This document shows, in pieces, positions 26,673-34,500 of a DNA stretch of 36,911 nt. The stretch is from the NCBI GenBank assembly GCA_964388265.1, contig CAYLXZ010000005.1:1-36911 (forward strand). Direction: 5' to 3'. Source of the DNA: Candidatus Micrarchaeota archaeon (lineage in GTDB: Archaea; B1Sed10-29). Every line of letters begins with the position of its first letter. The stretch's first letter is position 1. The notes under the pieces were generated by a model. The model was not told the origin of the DNA. It saw only the letters and a list, made by a program, of their open reading frames with translations, and ran no database searches. The position numbers were made by a program, and so were the translations under genes.

Positions 26673-27049
26673 TTTAAGTTTTTTTCTCCCTTTTTCTTTT
26701 CTAGTTTTTTCTTCTTTTCTTGAAGTTGCTTTATCCTCTTCTTTATTTCTTCTTTTTTATCTTTCTTAGCTAGTTTTTTTGCTTTTTTAGCAGTTTCCTC
26801 TATGTTTGATTCTCTTCTTTCTGATCTCTTTTTTCTTTTCTTCATAGTCCCTTGAGATTCTCTTTCTTCTTTTTTGGCTATTGCTTTCTTGGATTTGTCC
26901 ACGTGGGATTCTCCCCATCCTTTAGCTGTTCTCAGTATCTCGAGTTTATCTTCTACGTTCTCTATTTTCCTGTTGAGAACTTGTTCTTCGTCTTTTATTA
27001 TCTGTTTCTTCTTAGCTGTATCTTTCTTTTTCTTCTGTATTTTCGCCAT
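26669..27049 (-). CDS. Hypothetical Lys-rich coiled-coil protein
   Basis: GAGGTGATAAA directly before ATG 27049. Confidence 0.7.
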   Translation of the reverse strand: MAKIQKKKKDTAKKKQIIKDEEQVLNRKIENVEDKLEILRTAKGWGESHVDKSKKAIAKKEERESQGTMKKRKKRSERRESNIEETAKKAKKLAKKDKKEEIKKRIKQLQEKKKKLEKKKGEKNLK

Positions 27050-27209
27050 TTTATCACCTCTGTTCAATAGGGTATGTAGATTAGGGTTTCTTTTCTTTTA
27101 ACTTTTTACTGGAATGGTTTTCCCTCTACCTTGAAGTTATAAATAACTGAAACGACAAAAGATATACAGGATAAATTCAATAAACTAGGATTCATAGGAG
27201 GGACTGTTC

Positions 27210-28346
27210 ATGAAGAAAATGATTGAAAACACGATAGAAGAAACCAAATCAGAAGAAGTTGAGGAAGCGAAGAAAGAAACCACTCCAGAAGACACTGCGA
27301 AAGGAACAAGCCAAGAAGAACTAAAGAAGACACTGCAGGAAGCAGGAGCAAAAGTAAGAGTAGTAGGAACAGGAGGATCAGGAAACAACACCATGAAAAG
27401 AATGGAAGAAATAGGGATAACAAACACAGATGCTCAACATCTACTGTCAACACCCGCAGACAACAAACTACTAATAGGAGAAGACATAACTGAGGGACTA
27501 GGAGCAGGAAGCGACCCTGAAGTAGGAGAAGAATCCGCGGAACAGGACTTCGATCAAATGAAAGAGATACTCAGCGGATCAAATCTAGTGTTCGTCACAT
27601 GCGGACTAGGCGGAGGAACCGGAACAGGATCCGCACCAGTCATAGCAAAAGCAGCCAACGAAGTTAACGCGCTCTCAGTCGCAGTAGTGACACTACCGTT
27701 CAGCGTTGAAGGAGAAAAAAGAATGAAGAACGCTCTAAGAGGATTAAGGAAATTAAGAAACAACGCGGACACCGTGATAGTTATACCGAACGACAAACTA
27801 CTGGAAATAGTTCCAGAGCTGCCACTGAACGCCGCATTCAAGGTAGCGGACGAAGTACTCTCCAACGCAGTCAAAGGAATAACCGAAATGATCACAAGAC
27901 CAGGGCTAGTTAACCTGGACTTCGCCGACGTAAGAACAGTGCTCAGCGACGGAGGAGCAGCAATGATAGGTCTAGGAGAATCCGACTCCGATGAAAAAGG
28001 AGAATCAAGAGCCCTAGAAGCCGTAGAAGAAGCACTAAACTCACCACTACTAGACATAGAAGTACAAGAAGCAGGAAAAGCACTAGTAAACGTAGTAGGC
28101 GGACCAAGCATGAGCCTAAGAGAAGCAGAAGTAGTGATGGAAGCAGTAGCAAGCAAAATAAAGAAAGACGCCCACATAATCTGGGGAGCAATGATAGACA
28201 AAGAAATGGAAGAAGACCAAATAGAGACAATGGTAGTAATAGCAGGAGGATCAATACCCTTCGTAAACACAGAGAGCGAAGAAGCCAAAATAGGTCCAGA
28301 AGTAAACCTCGACTTCATAGGAGAAGAAGAAAAACCAGGAGAATAA
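27210..28346 (+). CDS. ftsZ: Cell division GTPase FtsZ (FtsZ1 type)
   Basis: VVGTGGSGNN, NTDAQHL, GLGGGTGTG, PFSVEG, NDKL and NLDFAD motifs; conserved position upstream of secE. Confidence 0.97.
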   Translation: MKKMIENTIEETKSEEVEEAKKETTPEDTAKGTSQEELKKTLQEAGAKVRVVGTGGSGNNTMKRMEEIGITNTDAQHLLSTPADNKLLIGEDITEGLGAGSDPEVGEESAEQDFDQMKEILSGSNLVFVTCGLGGGTGTGSAPVIAKAANEVNALSVAVVTLPFSVEGEKRMKNALRGLRKLRNNADTVIVIPNDKLLEIVPELPLNAAFKVADEVLSNAVKGITEMITRPGLVNLDFADVRTVLSDGGAAMIGLGESDSDEKGESRALEAVEEALNSPLLDIEVQEAGKALVNVVGGPSMSLREAEVVMEAVASKIKKDAHIIWGAMIDKEMEEDQIETMVVIAGGSIPFVNTESEEAKIGPEVNLDFIGEEEKPGE

Positions 28347-28513
28347 CATTCTCCTTTTACCTCTAACGAGAACCCAGGAGAATAACATTCTCCTTTTACC
28401 TCTAACGAGGAACCCAGGAGAATAACATTCTCCTTTTACCTCTAACGAGGAACCCAGGAGAATAACATTCTCCTTTTACCTCTAACAAGGAACCCAGGAG
28501 GATAAACCCCTCC
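28332..28513. repeat. Tandem array of 40-bp units (4 copies plus a degenerate partial)
   Basis: Unit AACCCAGGAGAATAACATTCTCCTTTTACCTCTAACGAGG at 28332 (39 bp), 28371, 28411 and 28451, partial at 28491. The first unit contains the ftsZ stop codon. Confidence 0.97.
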
Positions 28514-28523
28514 ACCCTTAATC

Positions 28524-28720
28524 TCTCCCTATAAGAAAACCCTGTGAACTACTCGCTACCAATCGAAGCTTTGAAGAAGCAGAGCTTCTTCATGTGTGGG
28601 AGAACAAAATTCTCCCAAAGATTGGAAGGAGCTTCCTGCTTCAAACCACAAAACTTACAGGCAGAACGCCCATAGAGGTTTCAGTGTCCACAAGCGTATT
28701 TCGGCTCGTCCCTCACCTAC
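28524..28720 (-). ncRNA. Orphan TnpB omegaRNA/reRNA-like scaffold (28720-28544) plus putative guide (28543-28524)
   Basis: Minus strand GTAGGTGAGGGACGAGCCGAAATACGCTTGTGGA...GAAGCAGGAAGCTCC...hairpins...GAGTAGTTCAC resembles archaeal IS200/IS605 (IS1341-type) right ends as recalled; no database search run. Confidence 0.65.
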
Positions 28721-28853
28721 ACATAAAAGGAGGAACTGGAGTCATATAAATTTATCTCTAACAACCTTCAGTTAATTAGAGTTAAAAGCAGCCTCACTAA
28801 TATATAGGAAGTGATTCCCCAGCCTAAAACCAAAGATTGAAGATAGGAACTTC
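28544..28853 (-). mobile_element. Non-autonomous IS200/IS605-derived element (no tnpA/tnpB ORF)
   Basis: Right end GTTCAC with subterminal hairpin; degenerate second end at about 28812-28853 sharing CCAAAGATTG (28615-28624 and 28830-28839); interrupts the normally adjacent ftsZ-secE pair. Confidence 0.6.
28743..28750 (-). promoter_or_regulatory. TATA box for the omegaRNA-like transcript
   Basis: TTTATATG on the minus strand; its 5' end is 30 nt upstream of the scaffold start at 28720. Confidence 0.6.
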
Positions 28854-28933
28854 AAACCGAAAAGAGTTAAAAAACCCCACAACATAAATAAATAACTCAC
28901 TTCTAGAGACATTTCTCATACACGTGAGTAACA

Positions 28934-29119
28934 ATGAATATAAAAAACAAGTTAAGCGACCTCAAAAGTTTCCTAAAACAAACCAAGAGAGTAATAAAAG
29001 TAGCTTCAAAGCCAGATAAAGAAGAATTCTGGGCAGTAGCCAAAGTAACACTCCTAGGAATGGCAGTAATAGGAGCAATAGGCTACATAATAAGAACAGT
29101 CAACATAATACTAACCTAA
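28934..29119 (+). CDS. secE: Protein translocase subunit SecE (Sec61 gamma)
   Basis: RVIKVASKPDKEEF...GMAVIGAIGYII; synteny. Confidence 0.95.
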   Translation: MNIKNKLSDLKSFLKQTKRVIKVASKPDKEEFWAVAKVTLLGMAVIGAIGYIIRTVNIILT

Positions 29120-29138
29120 ACAAAGAAGGTGCAACCGA

Positions 29139-29594
29139 ATGCCATTATACTCAGTAAGAACCACAATAGGACAAGAAAAAACCACAGCAAAGATGGTTAA
29201 AAGAAAAGTAGACAAAAGAGACGTCGAAATAAACTCAATCACAGTCATAGACAGATTAAGAGGATACCTAGTCATAGAAGCAGACAACGTAGACGCAGTA
29301 AAAGACATAATAAGAGACATAAAGCACGCCAGAGGAGTAATAGAAGACGAGATGGACATCGAAGAAATCCAACACTTCATAGAAGAAAAAGCACTAACAA
29401 CCGAAATAGAAAGAGGAGACGTAGTAGAACTTACAAGCGGAGCATTCAAAGGAGAAAAAGCCAAAGTCAAACGAATAGACGAAGGAAAAGAAAAAATAAC
29501 CCTAGAAATAATCGAAGCAGAAGTCCCAGTACCAATCACAGTAGACGCATCCGACGTAAGAGTCCTACCAAGCGAAAAAGAAAAATACAAATAA
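29139..29594 (+). CDS. spt5: Transcription elongation factor Spt5/NusG
   Basis: YSVRTTIGQE, RGYLVIEA (NGN) and GDVVELTSGAFKGEKAKV (KOW). Confidence 0.96.
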   Translation: MPLYSVRTTIGQEKTTAKMVKRKVDKRDVEINSITVIDRLRGYLVIEADNVDAVKDIIRDIKHARGVIEDEMDIEEIQHFIEEKALTTEIERGDVVELTSGAFKGEKAKVKRIDEGKEKITLEIIEAEVPVPITVDASDVRVLPSEKEKYK

Positions 29595-29630
29595 AATAAA
29601 AACAACGATGAGATAAAAATAGTGATCAAG

Positions 29631-30275
29631 ATGACCGAGAAAATAAACGCGCTGATAGAAGGAGGAAACGCCACAGCAGGCCCACCACTAGGACCAGCAC
29701 TAGGACCAACACCAGCCAACATCCAAGACGTAACCAGCGAAATAAACGAAAAAACAAAAGACTACGAAGGAATAGAAGTACCAGTAGAAGTCAAAGTAGA
29801 CGAAGACACAGGAAACTTCGAGATAGAAGTAGGGTCACCACCAGTATCAGCCCTAGTCAAGAAAGAAATGTACCTGGACAAACTAAGCGCGGAACCAGGA
29901 GAAAAAATAGTCGGAGACATGAAAATAGATCAAGTCATCAAAATAGCACGATCAATCAAAAATAACACCCTAGCAAGAACAGATAAAGCCACAGTGAAAG
30001 AAGTGCTAGGAGCAGTTAAATCAATGGGAATACAAGTAGAAAGAAAAGATCCAAGAGAAGTAATAAAAGAAGTAGAAGAAGGAGAATACGACGCAAAGAT
30101 CTCAGGAAAAGAAGAACTCGAAGAAGTAGACAAAGAAGAAATCCTAGAAAGAGAAGAAGAACTACAAGAAAAGATAGAAGAAATAGAAGCAGAAGAGGAA
30201 GAAGAGGAAGAAGAAGAGGAAGAAGAGGAAGAGGAAGAAGAACACCACGGAGCAGGCGAAGACATCGAACTGTGA
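29631..30275 (+). CDS. rpl11: 50S ribosomal protein L11 (uL11) with long acidic tail
   Basis: EGGNATAGPPLGPALG, PPVSALVKKE and KEVLGAVKSMGI motifs. Confidence 0.96.
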   Translation: MTEKINALIEGGNATAGPPLGPALGPTPANIQDVTSEINEKTKDYEGIEVPVEVKVDEDTGNFEIEVGSPPVSALVKKEMYLDKLSAEPGEKIVGDMKIDQVIKIARSIKNNTLARTDKATVKEVLGAVKSMGIQVERKDPREVIKEVEEGEYDAKISGKEELEEVDKEEILEREEELQEKIEEIEAEEEEEEEEEEEEEEEEEHHGAGEDIEL

Positions 30276-30322
30276 CACCACATTTAAATAAAACCAAGAG
30301 GTAAAAAACACATCACACTCAA

Positions 30323-30353
30323 CCCGCTTCACTAAGCCTTTGGCTTAGGAGGG
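30323..30353 (+). promoter_or_regulatory. Putative L1 autogenous-control RNA site overlapping the rpl1 SD
   Basis: CCC-GCTTCA-CTAAGCC-TTT-GGCTTAG-GA-GGG forms two helices around a GCNNNA/GA asymmetric loop, as in uL1-binding sites. Confidence 0.7.
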
Positions 30354-30360
30354 AATCAAC

Positions 30361-30999
30361 ATGGAATTCGAAGACGCAATAGAACAAGCAATAGAAGAAG
30401 CACCGGAAAGAAACTTCACAGAATCCGTTGAACTAATTATAAACTTCCGGTCAATAGACCTATCCAACCCAGACAACAGAATAGACAAAGAAATAGTCCT
30501 ACCCAATGGCAAAGGAAAGAAAACCAAGATAGGAGTAATAGCAACCGGAGAAACAAAGACAAAAGCCAGAGAAATCGCGGACAAAGTATTCGGAAAAGAA
30601 GACCTAGAAGAACTCGGAGAAGACAAATCTAAAGCAAAGAAAGTAGCCGATGAATTCGACCACTTCATAGCCGAAGCAAAACTCATGGCAGACGTAGGAA
30701 AACACCTAGGACAAGTACTAGGACCAAGAAACAAGATGCCAACACCACTAAAACCAGAAGAAGACCTAGAAGAAAAAGTAGATAGACTCAGAAACACGAT
30801 AGGAATCAAGATGACAGGGGACTTCGTACCAACACTGCAACTGCCAATAGGAACCGAAGAAATGAACACAGAAAACATAGAAGAAAACGCTCAAACATCA
30901 TACGAAGAAATACTAAAAGAAATGCCACAGAGAAAACAAAACATGGACTCAATCTACGTAAAAACCACGATGGGTCCATCAATAGAGGTGGAGAAATAA
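30361..30999 (+). CDS. rpl1: 50S ribosomal protein L1 (uL1)
   Basis: RNFTESVELIIN, LGQVLGPRNKMPTP and YVKTTMGPS motifs. Confidence 0.97.
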   Translation: MEFEDAIEQAIEEAPERNFTESVELIINFRSIDLSNPDNRIDKEIVLPNGKGKKTKIGVIATGETKTKAREIADKVFGKEDLEELGEDKSKAKKVADEFDHFIAEAKLMADVGKHLGQVLGPRNKMPTPLKPEEDLEEKVDRLRNTIGIKMTGDFVPTLQLPIGTEEMNTENIEENAQTSYEEILKEMPQRKQNMDSIYVKTTMGPSIEVEK

Positions 31000-31832
31000 T
31001 GGTTCCGGACTGGAAAAAGAAACAGGTGCAGAAATTCAAAGAAATGATGGAGCAGCCAGTCGTAGGAGTCATAGACATAAAAGACCTACCCTCCGCGCAG
31101 TTCCAAGAAATCAGAAAAGAACTACGTGGAGAAGCAGAGATGAAGATAGGTAGAAAAACACTCATAAAAAGAGCAATGGAAGAAACCGATAATGAGAACG
31201 TGAAGAAACTCGAAGAATACCTAGAAGGACCATGCGGGATCATATCAACAGACAAAGGCCCATTCCAACTTCAAAGACTACTGGAGAACAACAAATCAGA
31301 AGCAAAAGCCAAACCAGGTAAGACAGTAGAGAAAGAAGTCACAGTACCAGAAGGACCAACAAACCTACAACCAGGTCCAGTACTCGGAAACCTACAGAAA
31401 GCCAGTCTACCAGCACAGATAAAAGGAGACAAAATAGTCATAAACCAAGATACCCAAGTACTAGAACCAGGAGAAGAAGTAACGGACGACATAGCACTCG
31501 CACTCAACACACTTGGAATAAAGCCACTGGAAGTAGGAATCGAGTTAAAAGCACTACTCGAAGAAGAAACAATATTCACACCAGAAGACCTACACCTAGA
31601 TATAGAAGAAACAAAAGAAGAACTGGCAACAGCACACCAGAAATCACTGAACCTATCAGTCGAAGCAGGTTACTTCACCAAAGAAACAACAAAACTACTG
31701 ATATCCAAAGCAGTACAAGAGGCAAAGAACCTAGCAATAGAAGCGGATATACTCAATGAAGAAACAATAGATCAAAAAATAATTCAAGCAAGTTCAAACG
31801 CTCAGAAAATATCACAGAAAGTCAATGAATAA
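30999..31832 (+). CDS. rpl10: 50S ribosomal protein L10 (uL10/P0)
   Basis: [30 protein letters not shown] and LGIKPLEVG motifs. Confidence 0.96.
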   Translation: MVPDWKKKQVQKFKEMMEQPVVGVIDIKDLPSAQFQEIRKELRGEAEMKIGRKTLIKRAMEETDNENVKKLEEYLEGPCGIISTDKGPFQLQRLLENNKSEAKAKPGKTVEKEVTVPEGPTNLQPGPVLGNLQKASLPAQIKGDKIVINQDTQVLEPGEEVTDDIALALNTLGIKPLEVGIELKALLEEETIFTPEDLHLDIEETKEELATAHQKSLNLSVEAGYFTKETTKLLISKAVQEAKNLAIEADILNEETIDQKIIQASSNAQKISQKVNE

Positions 31833-31855
31833 AGATAAAAATAGGAGGTAAAAAA

Positions 31856-32170
31856 ATGGAGTACGTATACGCTGCACTGCTACTGAACTCCGCTGACAGG
31901 GAGATAAACGAAGACAACGTGGAAGAAGTAATGGAAGCAGCAGGAATAGAAGCAGATGAATCAAGAATAAAAGCACTAGTAGCTTCACTGGAAGAAGTAG
32001 ACATAGAAGAAGCAGTCAAGAAACAAGCAGCACCAGCACAACCACAAACAACAGCAGAACAACCATCAGAGGAAGAAGAATCTGAGGAAGAAGCAGAAGA
32101 AGAGGAAGAAGAGGAAGAAGCCTCAGAAGAAGAAGCAGCGGAAGGACTAGGATCACTGTTCGAAGAATAA
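31856..32170 (+). CDS. rpl12: 50S ribosomal protein L12 (aP1)
   Basis: [10 protein letters not shown]...[10 protein letters not shown]...acidic hinge...AAEGLGSLF. Confidence 0.97.
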   Translation: MEYVYAALLLNSADREINEDNVEEVMEAAGIEADESRIKALVASLEEVDIEEAVKKQAAPAQPQTTAEQPSEEEESEEEAEEEEEEEEASEEEAAEGLGSLFEE

Positions 32171-32192
32171 ACCCCCACCCCTTCCTTTTTTA
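32171..32192 (+). terminator. Oligo-T terminator of the rpl1-rpl10-rpl12 operon
   Basis: ACCCCCACCCCTTCCTTTTTTA right after the rpl12 stop. Confidence 0.55.
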
Positions 32193-32216
32193 AACTTGGA
32201 GTGAGTAGTGAGAAAC

Positions 32217-32522
32217 ATGGCAACGGACGAAGAAGTAGAGGAGTACGAGTACCTACTAGTAGAGTACGTCAAGGAAATCAGCAATGAAGTAACCTACCTA
32301 CTCCTAATAGTAACCTCTCTATTCCTCTACATCCTCGTGGACCTCTTCCCAGAGAAGATGGGACCATCAAAAACCATAGTAAGATCACTTGGACTCAGCT
32401 CAGTAGACATGTTAAGATTAGTATTCATACTACTAGTTATAGGTGGATTCGTGTTATTCGGCCTATCTAACTACACTAAGAGAAATATTGAAGGAAAGTT
32501 CGAAGACATGTTTGAAGAATAG
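32217..32522 (+). CDS. Hypothetical 2-TM membrane protein
   Basis: Two hydrophobic segments; ATG 32217 preferred. Confidence 0.7.
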   Translation: MATDEEVEEYEYLLVEYVKEISNEVTYLLLIVTSLFLYILVDLFPEKMGPSKTIVRSLGLSSVDMLRLVFILLVIGGFVLFGLSNYTKRNIEGKFEDMFEE

Positions 32523-32532
32523 ATATTCTAGA

Positions 32533-33681
32533 TTATTCTTGTTCTCTATGGATTCCTTTCTCCATCATTAACTCAGATTCCTTCAATCCATTACCAGTCA
32601 CAACCATCATTATAGATTGATCCTTATCAATACTTAAATCCTCTTCTTCAGGATCAAGCGTCTTCTTCAATGCAGCTAAAGGTAAAGCAGAGGCCGGTTC
32701 CCCAAATACTCCTTCTCTACCCATCTCCAGAACAGATTCAATTATCCTTTCATCTCTAACCTCTATTCCTTGTCCATCTGTTTCCTTCATTGCCTGAACA
32801 GCTGTGTGTCCATTGAAAGGTGTTTTAACATGTATTGAACCTGCTACTGTCTCGGTTCCTCCTCTAGGTGGTTTTGGTCTTTTATGATCTTGTTTATAGG
32901 CGTCCACTATAGGTGAACATGCTTTGGCTTGTGTTCCTATTAGCTTTGGAATTTCATCAATCATACCGAGTTTTTTCTGTTCCTTGAACCCCCAGTAAGT
33001 GGATGTGAGCAGTCCCCCGGTTCCCATTGGTATGATTATGGTGTCTGGAAGCTCATCCGTCTCATGAGTTATTTCATAGGAAAGAGTTTTCTCTCCTTCC
33101 AGGTAGTACGGATTTAAACCGGTTTCAGCTAGATAGGTTCCGGCTTTGGCTTCTTCCCATGCTCTGTCCATCGTGTCTTGGAAGTTTCCGTTGATTCTTC
33201 TGAGTTCTCCTCCGTAGACTATCACTTGTGAGAGCTTACCTACAGGTGTGTCTCGAGGTACATATACTAGAGTTTTTAACCTGGCTTTCGTGGAGTAGGC
33301 TGATACGCTTGCAGCCATGTTACCTGTGGAAGCTAGAGTAACTTTGTTATGCCCATACTCCAGGGCTTTTGTAACGGCTACTGAGCTTCCTCTATCTTTA
33401 AATGAACCGGTTGGGTTTGTTCCCTCGTACTTAAGGAGAATTTCATCCACTCCATATTCTTGTGAAAGAGATTCGGCATTATAGAGAGGGGTACTTCCTT
33501 CTTGTAGGGTTACTAGATCTGAGTCAACTGGAAGAACTTCCTTGAATTTGCTGGTTCCTTTGCCTGAGAAACTTGGTTCTTCGATCTCTCTATCTATCTT
33601 GAGCACGGAGTTACATGAGGGGCATCTGTACTTTATCTCTTCTTCTGGATAGGTTTCATCGCATCGCGTGCACTTGTACAT
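32533..33681 (-). CDS. thrC: Threonine synthase (PLP-dependent, fold type II)
   Basis: N-terminal CxxC...CxxC, EGSTPL, NPTGSFKDRG, ASTGN, PMGTGG, EPASA and VTGNGLK. ATG 33681 is probably leaderless (TTTAAATA about 27 nt upstream). Confidence 0.92.
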   Translation of the reverse strand: MYKCTRCDETYPEEEIKYRCPSCNSVLKIDREIEEPSFSGKGTSKFKEVLPVDSDLVTLQEGSTPLYNAESLSQEYGVDEILLKYEGTNPTGSFKDRGSSVAVTKALEYGHNKVTLASTGNMAASVSAYSTKARLKTLVYVPRDTPVGKLSQVIVYGGELRRINGNFQDTMDRAWEEAKAGTYLAETGLNPYYLEGEKTLSYEITHETDELPDTIIIPMGTGGLLTSTYWGFKEQKKLGMIDEIPKLIGTQAKACSPIVDAYKQDHKRPKPPRGGTETVAGSIHVKTPFNGHTAVQAMKETDGQGIEVRDERIIESVLEMGREGVFGEPASALPLAALKKTLDPEEEDLSIDKDQSIMMVVTGNGLKESELMMEKGIHREQE

Positions 33682-33780
33682 GGATTGGTAAGACACTCTG
33701 TATTTAAATACTTTTACTGGTTCGGCTTAGTAAAGAAATATAAACACCTGGTTCCTTACTCTTTACAGACAGGTGATAGT

Positions 33781-33945
33781 ATGAAGATTGATGAAGTGAT
33801 TGAGAAACTCGAGGATAAACTGGAAGACACCACTTCTCATCAGAAGAAGGTGGAGTTAATAGAGAATATCGAGGAACTTAAGGAGAAGAAAGAGAACAAG
33901 GAGTCATGGGAAACGAATCAGATAGATCAAAGTGAATACCTTTAG
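33781..33945 (+). CDS. Small hypothetical protein (54 aa)
   Basis: AGGTGAT SD before ATG 33781; TATAAA upstream. Confidence 0.65.
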   Translation: MKIDEVIEKLEDKLEDTTSHQKKVELIENIEELKEKKENKESWETNQIDQSEYL

Positions 33946-33964
33946 AACTCTAGTAAAGAGTTAT

Positions 33965-34192
33965 CTACTCTTCAACAGTTTCCAGCTTGAAGTAAACTCC
34001 ACAGCCGCTTAGAGATGAATGTAGTCTATCTCCCATGGTCACAGCGTCCTCTACCGTTGCTTGTTCGTTCCATTTGTACACGTAGTCGTAGTAACCTTTG
34101 TTTGGGCTGAATCCCATGGACATGAGTATATCATTGACGTTTGTGGATTTTCCTCCGTCCGAGTTGAACCATACTTTAAGATAAGTTTTCAA
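33965..34192 (-). CDS. Small hypothetical archaeal protein (paralog 2); TTG start
   Basis: KTYLKVWFNSDG...MGFSPNKGYYDYVYKW, clearly homologous to the upstream gene. Confidence 0.8.
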   Translation of the reverse strand: MKTYLKVWFNSDGGKSTNVNDILMSMGFSPNKGYYDYVYKWNEQATVEDAVTMGDRLHSSLSGCGVYFKLETVEE

Positions 34193-34210
34193 TTTAAACA
34201 CCTTGGGTTT

Positions 34211-34432
34211 CTATATTGTTTCAAGCGTGAATAGTACCTTGTAGTCTTTTAGTTCTTCCTGTATCTTGTCTCCTATTCTTAAGACTTCGTCTACAGGTGC
34301 ATCTTCATCCCATTCGTATTCAAAATCGTAGTTGCCTTTCACGGGGGTGAAGCCTAGTTCTTTTAGTTTCTCCGTTATCTCTGAGGGTCTTCCTCCTTCT
34401 GAGTTGAACCAGATGGTTAGGTAGGTCTTCAT
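34211..34432 (-). CDS. Small hypothetical archaeal protein (paralog 1)
   Basis: MKTYLTIWFNSEG...LGFTPVKGNYDFEYEW...FTLET. Confidence 0.82.
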   Translation of the reverse strand: MKTYLTIWFNSEGGRPSEITEKLKELGFTPVKGNYDFEYEWDEDAPVDEVLRIGDKIQEELKDYKVLFTLETI

Positions 34433-34500
34433 TTCACATCGATATAATTAGTGGGGGACTGGTATTTATTTATTGGGTGGTTCAGAAATTCTTCAAAGAT

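Noticed and set aside
28332..28513. CRISPR array
   Set aside because: Units are head-to-tail with no unique spacers, and there are no cas genes in the window.
30190..30243. GAA/GAG microsatellite as a contingency locus
   Set aside because: In-frame poly-Glu coding sequence with mixed codons; length change would not switch the frame.
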